Origin: Eledone cirrhosa
Taxonomy: Eukaryota
Reading direction: 5' to 3'
Length of the DNA stretch: 64,000 nt
Assembly: GCA_964016885.1 (NCBI GenBank)
Contig: OZ024744.1
Coordinates: 94,984,001 to 95,048,000, forward strand
Shown: piece by piece, positions 1-12,577 of the stretch
Position numbering within the stretch: the first letter of the stretch is position 1
How the letters are laid out: every line of letters starts with the position of its first letter
Position numbers and translations under genes: made by a program
Notes under the pieces: model-generated
Databases searched by the model: none
What the model saw: only the letters and a program-made list of their open reading frames with translations
What the model was told of the DNA's origin: nothing

Positions 1-236
1 AATATCATCATGCAATAACATTTGTGTTTTCATCAGATAAAATAGGAGGATATGATATGAAGGTTAAAAACACTTGTGGATAGTGCAGTTTTAAATCAAC
101 ATTTAACCTTCATATCATGTCCTCCTATTTTATCTGATGAAAACACAAATGTTATTGCATGATGATATTTGTTTTTGAAATGCGCATAATAAAATACATG
201 GAACTCATTTAACCATCTTTTGATCTTATATATTAT
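1..236. mobile_element. Fold-back hammerhead element, family A (cut by window edge, partial internal deletion)
   Basis: 1-68 is the reverse complement of about 101-169; same sequence as 45999-46331; ends in (TA)n. Confidence 0.8.
126..196 (+). ncRNA. Type I minimal hammerhead ribozyme motif
   Basis: tattttat-CTGATGA-long stem II-GAAA-tgcgca-TA-ataaaata: perfect 8-bp stem I and a palindromic stem/loop III. Confidence 0.85.
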
Positions 237-344
237 ATATATGTATATATATATATATATAAATATATCAGTCCAGAAATAGCCGTCAAAACGGCTTGAC
301 CTCTGCCATTGAGGTCCTGAACCTTTTCCTCTATATATACTGTT

Positions 345-830
345 CAGAGACGTGCAACCAAGCGAATACCCTCCATCAGGCATCTACCATACTCTGAGCA
401 CCTTGCTTCCCTGGGCATCGATACATTGAAGCTCCGACGCCTGGCAACTGACTTGGTAAACACCCACAAAATTATTAACCATGTTGCCAACAACAACCCT
501 GAGTACCTTTTTGATTTCCATGTGTCTGACTTTGTGGGCATGCCCACAAAGTCAGACAACAGCACAGTTCCCATGACTTTCGGAAACATTTTTTCACGCT
601 CAGAGTTGCTGAAGCATGGAACAAACTACCTGCATCAGTTGTTAGCTGTCGAGACACTGCATCCTTTAAGGTCTCCATGCTTCCCGAGATCCGCCAACAC
701 TACAGCTAACACATACACACATGTACTTCCCTGACATTTGTGTATTATTCTATGTACTATACATACACCTTTGACGAGTTGTAGTGCACCTGAGCACTTT
801 ACACAATAATTTCATTATTATTATTATTAT
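345..830 (+). mobile_element. CR1/L2-type LINE 3' fragment with (ATT)n tail
   Basis: Reads ...VQRRATKRIPSIRHLPYSE...; near-identical to the 3' end of 28880-30669. Confidence 0.85.
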
Positions 831-836
831 ATATAT

Positions 837-915
<79 letters not shown>

Positions 916-994
916 CATATATATATTTATTTATTATATATATATTATTTCTGGCAATATTATTACAACAATATGACCCTCCCCAAGTATAACA

Positions 995-1037
<43 letters not shown>

Positions 1038-1039
1038 GT

Positions 1040-1200
1040 TGGAAGACCAGGTATTCCCATAAAAACCCTAATTAGCAAAATATAATCATTTCAAAGATCC
1101 CCTGTGCTGATAGGAAATGCATAGTCTGTCTACAGGCTAAGCCCACAAACTAACTGCAAAACTAGGAATGTAGTATATAGCATAAGATGTACTGTCCAGC
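1040..1200 (+). pseudogene. Possible Penelope-like element linker/GIY-YIG fragment
   Basis: Frameshifted reading PCADRKCIVCLQAKPT / NCKTRNVVYSIRCT resembles the Cys-rich 'C..NVVY.I.C' entry into PLE GIY-YIG endonucleases; flanked by (TA)n. Confidence 0.5.
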
Positions 1201-1326
1201 AATTCTTTCTATAGTCATTCTAACCACATATCTGTATATTTTCGAGCTGTATAATCTCTCAGTTGCAACCTAAGACTACCTAAAATCATAAATGTTTACC
1301 ACACCATATCTGCTATATATATATAT

Positions 1327-1667
1327 GGCTTAGTGGTTAGAGCATTGGGCTTGCAATCGAAAGGTTGTGAGTTCAATTCTCAGACCGGGTGATGTGTTGG
1401 TTCCTTGAGCAAGACACTTTATTTCACACTGCTCCAGTTTACTCAGCTGTAGAAATAAGATGATAGGGACTGGGGTCCCTATCATTCCACTGCAAAGTGG
1501 TCGTGGAGGTGCCACGGCAAAAAAGCACCCAGCACTCACTGTAAATGAGGTTGGTGTTAGGAAGGGCATCCAGCTGTAGAAATCAAGCCAGAATCAGTTC
1601 CCGTCCCATCCTTGCAAGCAGGGAAAAGCAGACGTAAAATGATGATGATGATGATGATGATGATGAT
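1327..1667 (+). mobile_element. tRNA-derived SINE (CORE-like centre, RTE-like tail, (GAT)n)
   Basis: A box tggcttagtgg, B box gagttcaattc, ccttgagcaagacactt domain. Copies at 6295-6786(-), 36727-37058, 52300-52552(-), 61289-61597. Confidence 0.85.
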
Positions 1668-1669
1668 GG

Positions 1670-1860
1670 TTGGTAAAAATCAGGTAGACCATAACCCACC
1701 AGAGTACTCAATACTTGAGGTAGTAGAGTGGGTAATATGAAAAGATTCAGGACCCTGACTTCTGAGCTCTGGCCCATTTGACAGCTAGATCCCAAAACAG
1801 TTCAGATCTAGATGTCGAAACGGCAGAAGCTCGGTCATCGGTTTCTTGATCATTCCGGTT
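1670..1860. mobile_element. Degenerate fold-back hammerhead-half element, family B
   Basis: Homologous to 17501-17693 (gtggg-taat...ggaccc-gac...gtcGAAAcggc). Confidence 0.6.
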
Positions 1861-1918
1861 AGCGTATCATGGTGCTATAGTAAAAAAAGCATTCTACATT
1901 GATTTTAACAAATATATA

Positions 1919-2742
1919 TCATCATCATCATCATCATCAACGTTTAACGTCCGTGTTCCACGCTTGCATGGGTTTGGACGGGGGTAGTCCCACTTGAGGC
2001 AAGAGTGATTGTCTTGCTCGCATAGGACTGTCTGGCAGGTTTTCTACAGTTGGATGCCCTTCCTAACACCAACCACATTTACAGTGTGGGTCTGGGAGGT
2101 TTTTACCGTGTTGCCTACACGGCCACATTACAGCGTGGACTGTGTGTTTTTTTGTCGTGACACCTACACGATCTCATTTGTTTCGGCCTCGATGGCGCGG
2201 CACCAACATAACTTTACATAGAACGGGGTGGTGTGGATCGGGTGGGGGTGGTGGTGGTGGGACGGGGTGTATTTTGTTAGAGATGCCTACTGGCTGGAGT
2301 AGGTTTTACTATATATTTAGGTAAGGCGGGTCTTCTCTGTTACTGAGTACCGCCAAAGGTCTCGGTCCAGTGACATTGTCTTGGAGAGGTGTAAGTGTGT
2401 GATGTCGGAGTTTATCAGCTCGTCCCAGGTTTTTCTAGGTCTGCCTATTCCGTGACTACCGTCTATCTTTATTGCCCTGCACTTTGTTATACAGCTATCG
2501 ACTTTCATGCGCATCACGTGTCCATACCAACGTAGCCTTCTCTCGAGTAAACAACATCTGATCCCTCTTATCTCTAATTTTTTCCTTAGTTCGTTTATGC
2601 TTTGCCGTTCACGTATATTACTGTTACACATCCAGCGGAGCATGCAAGCTTCGTTCCTCTCTAGTCTGCGTATATCCTCTGCACACAATGCCCAGGTCTC
2701 ACTGCCATGCAGCATTGCTGTTCGTATGCAGGCATCGTACAA
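1919..2742 (-). mobile_element. 5'-truncated RTE-clade LINE, family 1
   Basis: ORF ...LHGSETW...[12 protein letters not shown]...GRPRKTW, typical of an RTE ORF2 C-terminus; about 400-bp 3' UTR and (GAT)n tail. Confidence 0.9.
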
Positions 2743-2779
2743 GCGATATAGATATATATATGTGCGTGTATGTGTGGAT

Positions 2780-3108
2780 ATTTGTATATATATATATACA
2801 TTTGTATGTATATATATATATATTTGTATGTATATATATATATATTTGTATGTATATATATATATATTTGTATATATATATATATATTTGTATATATATA
2901 TATATATTTGTATGTATATATATATATATTTGTATATATATATATATATATATTTGTATGTATATATATATATATTTGTATGTATATATATATATATTTG
3001 TATATATATACATACAAATATATATATATATATACATACAAATATATATATATATATATATTTGTATATATATATATATATATTTGTACGTATATATATA
3101 TATATTTG

Positions 3109-3139
<31 letters not shown>

Positions 3140-3345
3140 ATGTATATATATATATTTGTATGTATATATATATATATATTTGTATGTATATATATATATA
3201 TATTTGTATGTATATATATATATATATTTGTATGTATATATATATATATATATTTGTATGTATATATATATATTTGTATGTATATATATATATTTGTATG
3301 TATATATATATATTTGTATGTATATCATATATTTATATATATTTA
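2780..3345. repeat. Compound (TA)n/TTTGTATG microsatellite
   Basis: Directly visible. Confidence 0.95.
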
Positions 3346-3437
3346 TGAAAAACAATGTATATAAAGATATATGTGTGTGTGTGTGTGTGTGAAAAGGAAA
3401 AAAGGAAAACAGTGCTCAATCAGGAAGAGAGTAAAAA

Positions 3438-3572
3438 TATATTACTAGTACAGATTAAAGTTTAAGCAAAGAATTTCTCCTTTCAACCTATATACGATCT
3501 TCAGAAGATCTCATATAGGGTGAAAGGCGAAATTCTTTGCTTAAACTTTAATCTGTACTAGTAGTAAATATT
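3438..3572. mobile_element. Fold-back element, family C, centred on a CTGAAGA box
   Basis: Arms tactagtacagattaaagtttaagcaaag... around gatcttcagaagatc; homologue at 52637-52770. Confidence 0.7.
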
Positions 3573-3989
3573 TGCTCTATAGGTTTAAATATATTTATAT
3601 ATATGGAGTAGAGAGTAAATGAAATGGGAAGAAACATAATAGTATCACTGATGATGTCACAGGTGTGTGATGAAAGAACTTTTATAGACTATATATATAT
3701 ATTTATATCTGTATTTTCAACCATTGGTCAATCAATGATAAACATTGATTACAAGCTAAATTAACTATGGAGATATAAAATATACAGAAGCGAAAACCAA
3801 TCCAAACCAAACAGTGAGTGTGTTCTACTATTATTTCTGGCAATATTAAAACAATATGACCCTCCCCAAATATAACAATGTATATATATCAAGCTCTCTT
3901 TGGATATTGGTCTTTGAATTTATTATTACTATATACATATATATAAAGGTGCTGGTCATCAACAGATACACAGCATTTGTTATCAATCA

Positions 3990-4025
<36 letters not shown>

Positions 4026-4108
4026 GTTATTCCGGGTTGAATCGGAGGTAACCACAGTAAGTAAGGTACTCAATACATTGCAGAGTATAAAAGTTTTAAT
4101 ATAGATGA

Positions 4109-4157
4109 GATTCTACAGGACTAGAACTGTTTCATTCTTTAGAAATCATCAGGAATC
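4109..4157 (-). ncRNA. Type I hammerhead ribozyme motif (inverted twin, sense to host pre-mRNA)
   Basis: Exact reverse complement of 4164-4212. Confidence 0.85.
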
Positions 4158-4163
4158 ACTGAT

Positions 4164-4212
4164 GATTCCTGATGATTTCTAAAGAATGAAACAGTTCTAG
4201 TCCTGTAGAATC
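4164..4212 (+). ncRNA. Type I hammerhead ribozyme motif
   Basis: gattc-CTGATGA-t.ttc(taaa)gaa.t-GAAA-cag(ttctagtc)ctg-TA-gaatc; all three stems pair. Confidence 0.85.
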
Positions 4213-4215
4213 TCA

Positions 4216-4257
<42 letters not shown>

Positions 4258-4383
4258 TTTTGGAACTATTTGGTGTAGATGACCCAATGTTAATTACTAA
4301 ATAAACAACCCCAGCACAGCCCACTCCACCACACCACCATACAATATCTTTCTAATACATTGATACAACACCAAGATACTTAC

Positions 4384-4469
4384 TTATGTTCTTTACCGTC
4401 ATCACTCGCAATATCAGGTGGTAGAACTATGTCTTTCTTCAGAAGAGATGATGTCAGTTTCAGCAATGA
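4384..4469 (-). CDS. FCHSD2: FCHSD2/nwk-like coding exon (probably exon 4)
   Basis: ttttttattttag|tcattg...cataa|gtaagt, 86 nt, phase 0. The only open frame gives SLLKLTSSLLKKDIVLPPDIASDDGKEH, aligning with human GMQKLASQYLKRDWPGVKADDRNDYR. Confidence 0.82.
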
Positions 4470-4839
4470 CTAAAATAAAAAAGAACAATAAGAATTAATT
4501 TCACTGTAAAGTCTTCATCATAGTCTTCTATTATAATTCCATTCACACCAATAATGTTTTACAGGAATGTTAACCACTGCCTACGATTTTCAAATAATTT
4601 TGAAAATAATCAAGAAATTGGAGGGATTTAGTAATATAACTTAATAATGAGAAAGTTATTTATAATTCCATTCACACCAATGATGTTTTATAAGAATATT
4701 AAAACATTTGTTACCATATTTCTAATGAAAGATCACTGCCTATGATTCTCAAATAATTTTGAAAATAATCAAGAAATGATATTTTATTCTAAAAATATAT
4801 CGTGTAAATACAATTTAATAGAACAAGAAAAAAACATTA

Positions 4840-5155
4840 GATTGAGGAGAAACAATGGAATGTAAAATAAGAAATTTTTTTTTTTTAAATGGAAAAGAGA
4901 GGAAAGGAAAGGGCTCTAGTGTCACAGAAGAATGGGGAGGGGGTAATGGTGAGGGTGATTGGGCTATGGGCCTAGGGCGCGTTGGTAATAGTGCTGCACC
5001 TCACGAACAAGACTATAAAAGCATTCCTATGGATAATGGCCAGCATCATCCACTGCAACAGCCACCTCAATGCGTGGGGCTCCTTCCTCAGACAGGCTGC
5101 TGACGTTCCGATCTTATGGAGGAGCTCAGCAGTACGGGGTCCAAGAATGCCTGAG
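4840..5155 (+). mobile_element. Dispersed repeat of uncertain class (possible non-LTR 5' region)
   Basis: A diverged inverted copy lies at about 15545-15810 (ctctagtgt.acagaagaatgggga...ccactgcaacagccacc). Confidence 0.55.
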
Positions 5156-7014
5156 GGAATTTAGTAATATAAATAACTTTCTCGTTATCAAGTTATATTT
5201 CCATTCACACCAATGATGTTTCATTACCATATTTCTAATGAAAGATACTGCCTTTGATTTTAAAATAATTTTGAAAATAATCAAGAATTTTGAGGGATTT
5301 AGTAATATAATGTTCTCATTATTAAGCTGGTGATAGCTTAGCCTTTCATCCTGACAGGGTTGATGAAATAAAGTACCAGTAACATACTAGGGTCGATTTA
5401 ATCAACCTTCCCCTCTCCGAAAATTGTTGGTTTTGTGCCTAAATCAGAAACCATTATTAAGCTGGTATTTGGAACATAACAAAGATTCTTGCATAAAATT
5501 ATGATAGAAAGTTTCTTTTAGATAAATATAAACACTTTAACCCTTTCATTACCATATCTCTAATGAAAGACACTATCTTTGGCCTTCAAATAATTTTGAA
5601 AATAATCAAGAATTTGGAGGGATTTAGTAATATAGATAACTTTTTCATTATTAAGTTAGTGTTTGGAACATAACAAAAGTTCTTGTATAAAATTAGGATA
5701 AAAGCATTTTAGATAAATATAAACATTTTAAAACACAGCTTTGTATCGTAGAAGAAGGGGTGGCTTCTGGTAGTTTGGTATCAGAAGGATTAAATCAGCC
5801 CCAGTACTTGACTGGTATTTTATTTTAACAGTTCTTGAAGAATAAAAAGCAAAGCTGATCTAAGAAGGATTTGATCCCAGGACATAAAGGTCCCAAACTA
5901 AATACCACAAGATATTTTGTCTGATGCTCTAATGATTCTGCCAACCCAACATAATTCAATGATTAACCACAGCTAAGATCAACAATAACAGCACAAACAA
6001 TAGGAGAAAGGTAGTGTCCTCCTATGAAGGGAGGAATGTCCTCTTTGGTTAAGACTGATTATGAGCTTGGGTTGCATCTGGAAAGTTCTTCTCCAAGATA
6101 CAAGCATGGGCAAGATGTTTTTGTGGAAGACATGTATTTGCCCTTTCATCGTAGCCATACCTCTGTGTGCCACCAATATTGTCCAAGGTAAAGGCAAAAA
6201 CCAATACACCAGTGTCGTCGCGACTCACTTTTTCCAGCTGAGGCCACTGGAGTAACGTGAAATAAAAAATAAAGTGACTTGTTCAAGGACACAATCATCA
6301 TCATCATAATTTCATTTTACGTCCGCTTTTCCCTGCTTGCAAGGGTGGGACGGGAACTGATTCTGGCTTGATTTCTACAGTTGGATGCCCTTCCTAACAC
6401 CAACCTCATTTACAGTGAGTGGTGGGTGCTTTTTTTGCCGTGGCACCTCCACGACCACTTTACAGTGTGGGCTGGGTGCTTTTTTGCCGTGGCACCTCCA
6501 CGACCACTTTACAGTGTGGGCTGGGTGCTTTTTTGCCGTGGCACCTCCACGACCACTTTACAGTGTGGGCTGGGTGCTTTTTTGCCGTGGCACCTCCACG
6601 ACCACTTTGCAGTGGAATGATAGGGACCCCAGTCTCTATCATATCATTTCTACAGCTGAGTAAACTGGAGCAATGTGAAATAAAGTGTCTTGCTCAAGGA
6701 AACAACACATCACCCGGTCTGAGAATTGAACTCACAACCTTTCGATTGCCAGGCCAATGCTCTAACCACTAAGCCACGTGCCTCCAATATGCCGGGCAAA
6801 TCAGGAATCAAACTCATAACTTAATGATTGTGAACCCAACACCCTAACTACTAAGCCACATGCCTGCACTTGATCCCTCCTATCATTCTATAACAATTCA
6901 AACAACCAGATTGAGCTAAATTAAAGCCTTCTGTCAATAAATGATATTCACTTGAAAGATAAAAACAATATTGTTTAACAAAATCACAGATGCTCCTGTT
7001 TTAGTAGCAGTGAG

Positions 7015-8820
7015 CAGCCATCATCATCATCCCCCTCCCCCCTCCAACCGCATCGCCATTACCCCCCCCCCCCCCCCCCCCCCCACACACACACACCTCA
7101 TCATCATTACAATCACCCCACACCCACCCTATCATCATTACCCCCCCCCATCATCATTACCATCACCATCACGCCCCACACCATCATCATTACCATCACC
7201 ATCACCCCCCACACCCCACCACATCATCATTACCATCGCCATCACCCCCCACACCCCACCGCATCATCATTACCATCACCCCACCCCACCTCATTATCAT
7301 TACCATCACCCCACCCCACCTCATCATTACCATCACCATCACCCCACCCCACCCCATCATCATTACCATCACCATCACCCCACACCATCATCATTACCAT
7401 CACCATCACCCCACCCCACCCCATCATCATTACCATCACCGTCACCCCACCCCATCATCATCACCATTACCCCACCCCAGCCCATCATCATTACCATCAC
7501 CATCACCCCACCCCACCCCATCATCATTACCATCACCCCACCCCACCCCAGCCCATCATCATTACCATCACCATCACCCCACCCCATCATCATTACCATC
7601 ACCGTCACCCCACCCCACCCCATCATCATTACCATCACCGTCACCCCACCCCATCATCATCACCATTACCCCACCCCAGCCTATCATCATTACCATCACC
7701 ATCAACCCCCACCCCCACCCCATCATCATTACCACCACCATCACCCCACCCCATCATCATTACCACCACCATCACCATCACCCCACCACATCATCATTAC
7801 CATCACCATCACCCCACCCCATCATCTTACCACCACCATCACCCCACCCCATCATCTTACCACCACCATCACCCCACCCCATCATCATTACCACCACCAT
7901 CACCATCACCCCACCACATCATCATTACCATCACCATCACCCCACCCCATCATCTTACCACCACCATCACCCCACCCCATCATCATCACCATCACCATCA
8001 CGCCACCCCATCATCATTACCACCACCATCACCCCATCATCATCACCATCACCATCACGCCACCCCATCATCATTACCACCACCATCACCCCACCCCATC
8101 ATCATTACCACCACCATCACCATCACCCCACCACATCATCCTTACCATCACCCCCACCCTCACCCCATCATTACCACCACCATCACCCCACCCCATCATC
8201 ATCACTATCACCCCACCCCATCATCATTACCACCACCATCACCCCCACCACATCATCCTTACCATCACCCCCACCCTCACCCCATCATTACCACCACCAT
8301 CACCCCACCCCATCATCATCACTATCACCCCACCCCATCATCATTACCACCACCATCACCCCCACCACATCATTACCATCACCATCACTCCACCCCATCA
8401 TCATTACCACCACCATCACCCCACCCCATCATTATACCATCACCATCACCCCCACCACATGATCATTACCACCACCATCACCATCACCCCACCCCATCAT
8501 CATTACCATCACCATCACCCCCACCACATCATCATTACCATCACCATCACTCCACCCATCATCATTACCACCACCATCACCCCACCCCATCATCATTACC
8601 ACCACCATCACCCCACCATCATTACCATCACCATCACCCCCACCACATCATCATTACCACCACCATCACCCCACCCCATCATCATTACCATCACCATCAC
8701 CCCCACCACATCATCATTACCATTACCATCACCCCACCACATCATCATTACCATCACCCCCCCACCACATCATCATTACCATCACCATCACCCCCCACCC
8801 CATCATCATTACCCCCACCA
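7015..8820. repeat. Degenerate (CAC/CAT/CCC)n low-complexity array
   Basis: Units such as catcatcattaccatcaccatcaccccacccc; the minus strand is rich in G-runs. Confidence 0.95.
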
Positions 8821-9159
8821 ATAATATGTAAGGTAAAGCCTTTACCGTGAAAATACAATAGTATATATAGAGTATATATAATATAATGGTAAAGGGTTAA
8901 TCTAGCATGGGTCGTGGTTTGGCAGAACCAGTAAAGCATTGGACAAAATGCTTTCTAGCATTTGGTAACAGATCTTTACCTCCTGAGTTCAAGTCCCACC
9001 AAAGTCAACTTTAACTTTCTTCCTTCTGGGGATCAATAAAATAAAGTACCAGTTAAGTACTGGGGTTAATATAATCCCCTTCCCTCTTTCTTCAGATTGC
9101 TGGTTCTGTGCCAATGTTAGAAAAAAATGTACCATGACAAAAACGCTCAGTCAACACGG

Positions 9160-9985
9160 TAAAGTGGTCGTTTAGTTGTCACGATAAAAAAGCACCCAAC
9201 CTCACACTGTAAAGTGGTCATGTAGGTGTCATGACAAAAAGCACCCAGTCCACACTGTAAAGTGGTCATGTAGGTGTCATGACAAAAAGCACCCAGTCCA
9301 CACTGTAAAGTGGTCATGTAGGTGTCATGACAAAAAGCACCCAGTCCACACTGTAAAGTGGTCATGTAGATGTCATGACAAAAAGCACCCAGTCCACACT
9401 GTAAGGTGGTCATGTAGGTCTCACAACAAAAAGCACCCAGTCCACACTGTAAAGTGGTCATGTAGATGTCATGACAAAAAGCACCCAGTCCACACTGTAA
9501 AGTCGTCATGTAGGTGTCATGACAAAAAGCACCCAGTCCACACTGTAAAGTGGTCATGTAGGTCTCACAACAAAAAGCACCCAGTCCACACTGTAAAGTG
9601 GTCATGTAGAAGTCATGACAAAAAAGCACCCAGTACACACTGTAAAGTGGTCATGTAGATGTCATGACAAAAAGCACCCAGTCCACACTGTAAAGTGGTC
9701 ATGTAGGTGTCATGACAAAAAGCACCCAGTCCACACTGTAAAGTGGTCATGTAGGTGTCATGACAAAAAGCACCCAGTCCACACTGTAAAGTGGTCATGT
9801 AGGTGTCATGACAAAAAGCACTTAGTCCACAATGTAAAGTGGTCATGTAGGTGTTATGACAAAAAGCACCCAGTCCACACTGTAAAGTGGTCATGTAGGT
9901 GTCATGACAAAAAGCACCCAGTACACACTGTAAAGTGGTCATGTAGGTGTCATGACAAAAAGCACCCAGTCCACAATGTAAATGT
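9160..9985 (+). repeat. 48-bp minisatellite (about 17 copies) amplified from a SINE internal domain
   Basis: Unit gacaaaaagcacccagtccacactgtaaagtggtcatgtaggtgtcat runs into the SINE tail (9985-10110). Confidence 0.9.
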
Positions 9986-10656
9986 GATTGGCGTCAGGAA
10001 GGTTAGCCAGCTGTAGAAACCAAGCCCAAATCAGTTCTGTATTAGCAAAACATAGTCATCTGATCTGACTTGTCTCACCATGGGACAATTCATCTAACCC
10101 ATGCTAGCATGCATGGTGACAAGCCAAGTCAAGTTGAAAACATTTCTTAAAAAAACAACAACAAAAACTAAAAAAACTGGCAACAATAACAACTATTGCT
10201 GCTAAAGCATCTTCTGTCAATGATTTTTTGTTATAAAAATTACAGCTGTTATTGTTGTTAGAATTATTTCTACTTTTGGCACAAGGGCAGCATTACTGGT
10301 ACTTTATTTTATCGACCCCCGTAAGGATGAAAGGCAAAGTTAACCTCAGCGAGACTTGAACTCAGACTGTAAAGGGACGAAACTCTATGCTGCAAAGCAT
10401 GGTGTCTGATGCTCTACCGATACTGCCAATCCACCACCTTCGTTGTTACAATAGTAACTACTAGTTAATTCCAAATAACAAGCGGTTTACCTAATTGTTT
10501 GTAATCATAAAAAGAACAGCTCATAAAACCAATTTTGTACTGATTAAATATGTTAATAGCAACATTTAGAAATAACAAGAAATTATATGAAAATAGTTAA
10601 ACATCTACTTTTCACTTAAATTCTCCTACAAAAAATCAAATGTTAAGTTAACTACT

Positions 10657-10884
10657 TAAACCCTTTAGCATTTACATTAATCTATATTTACTATTGAATT
10701 TTCACGGTAAACACTTACCCTAACATAATATCTCACATAATATCAAATTTATGAGATTTTGATATTATTTATTTTGAGAAAAATACCTTAACATCAGTAT
10801 GAGCGACTGGTTATGGCCAGTTTCAACAGAAAGGGGTAAAAAAATTCTGGTCGGATACGGCCGGTTTAAATGCTAAAGGGTTAA
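10657..10884. mobile_element. piggyBac-type MITE
   Basis: ttaa(a)ccctttagcattt ... aaatgctaaaggg-ttaa terminal inverted repeats. Confidence 0.75.
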
Positions 10885-11319
10885 GTTAAATGGTATTACT
10901 GTTATCTTTCATCAACAAGATCCCAGGTCTCACTCACAAATCATACCAGTGAAACAATGTCTCCATTTGTCTTTCCATTGCTGATACTATCTACCAGTCA
11001 TAACTGAGGCCTCTGTGTTTATGTTAAACAATATTATTGTTATCTTTCATCGATTGATCAATCTAATCAATCAACAAGATCCAAGACATCATTTGCTTAC
11101 TGAGTGAGAATGGAACTGATCAAATCAGACCAGTGAAACAATGTTTCCATTTGTCATTCCATTGCTGATACTATCTACCAGTCACAACTCCTAGCAGAAA
11201 GAACAATGTCAAATAAAGTGTCTTGTTGAAGGACATAATGCATCACCCCATCTAGGAATCTAACTAACAACCTCACAATTGAGAATCTAATTTGCTAACC
11301 ACTTAGCTGAGTGGTTAGT

Positions 11320-12546
11320 GGTTTATCGGTAGAGGGTCGGACGCCATGCTTTGACGTATAGAGTTACGGCCCTTGCCATTCTGAGTTCAAATCCCGCTGA
11401 GGTTAACTTTGCCTTTCATCCTTATGGGGTCGATAAAATAAAGTACCAGTAATCTACTGGGTGATTGCTGGCCTTGTGCCAAAAAGTAGAAACAATTATT
11501 TATTAGCGCACCGAGGTTAACTTTGCCTTTCATCCTTACGGGGTCGATAAAATAAAGTACCAGTAATGCACTGAGTAATTGCTGGCCTTGTGCCAAAAGT
11601 AGAAACAATTATTTATTAGAGCACCAGTGCATTGGCGGTGGATTGGCAGTCTCCGTAGAGGGTCGGACGCCATGCTTTGAAGCATGGAGTTACCTCCCTG
11701 TATGATCTGAGTTCAAATCCCGCCGAGGTTAACTTTGTCTTTCATCCTTCCGGGGTCGATAAAATAAAGTACCAGTAATGTACTGAGTAATTGCTGGCCT
11801 TGTGCCAAAAGTAGAAACAATTATTTATTAGAGCACCAGACAACATGCTCCATGGCATAGAGATACGGCCCTTTATGTTCTGAGTTCAAATCCTGGAGAG
11901 GTTAGCTTTGCCTTTCATCGTTATGGAGTCGATAAAAACAGTACCAGTAATGCACTGGGGGTTCGATTTAATCGACTTCCCCTTCTCCCAAAACTATTGG
12001 CCTTGTGCCTATAGTAGAAACAATTATTTATTGACAGTAGGCCTTAATATTTCCATATCTCTAGGTTGTCTCTTTGAATTGTTACAAGTCATAGGAGGAA
12101 TAAAGTGAAGATATGCGGTTGCTTGATTTGCTAGAAACAGAGGGCATCCAAATCTCCCTCAAACTACAAGCTGCCATCTTGGAAAAGAAAAAAAAGGACA
12201 CATTGGATGTTGAATAATGTCTTCCATGATGTAAGGTGTCTTGGAATAAGAGGAAATGGGCATGGTTGGAATATCCTTGATCCTATGTCTGTTAATTCTT
12301 AACACCCTATACCTCATGAAACCATATTAGCAGCAAGTCCTTACAGTGGATTGGCAGTATCGGTAGGGCTCCAAACAACATGTTGTGTGGCACAGAGTTA
12401 CGGCCCTTTACGTTCTGTGTTTAAATCCCGCCGAGGTTAGCTTTGCCTTACAGGGTCGATAAAATAAAGCATCAGTAATGCACTGGGGTCGATTTAATCA
12501 ACTTTTCCCCTCCCCCTCCAAATTGCCGGCCTTGTGCCTAAAGTAG

Positions 12547-12550
<4 letters not shown>
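11320..12550 (+). mobile_element. Cluster of MetaSINE-like tRNA SINEs
   Basis: Repeated ctgagttcaaatcccgccgaggttaactttgcctttcatccttacggggtcgataaaataaagtaccag (Meta-like domain). Other copies near 5340, 8990, 10262, 16311, 26965, 41929, 48430, 49403, 51260, 51925 and 60800. Confidence 0.8.

Positions 12551-12577
<27 letters not shown>

Larger units (their letters stand above)
4025..4222. mobile_element. Fold-back hammerhead element, family D
   Basis: Perfect 60-bp arms 4099-4158/4163-4222, about 75-nt unique tail, (TA)n on both sides. Confidence 0.85.

Noticed and set aside
1327-1400. tRNA genes at SINE heads
   Set aside because: A and B boxes are present but there is no closed cloverleaf, and the sequence continues into a SINE body.
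1-4383. Next FCHSD exon
   Set aside because: No minus-strand AG-GT-bounded segment with matching translation was seen; it probably lies outside the window.
6971-8824. 617-aa Pro/His-rich extensin-like protein
   Set aside because: Low-complexity trinucleotide-derived repeat with no splice or domain support.
9160-9985. CRISPR-like array
   Set aside because: Head-to-tail repeats without unique spacers, no cas genes, eukaryotic SINE origin. The same applies to 18977-26545.
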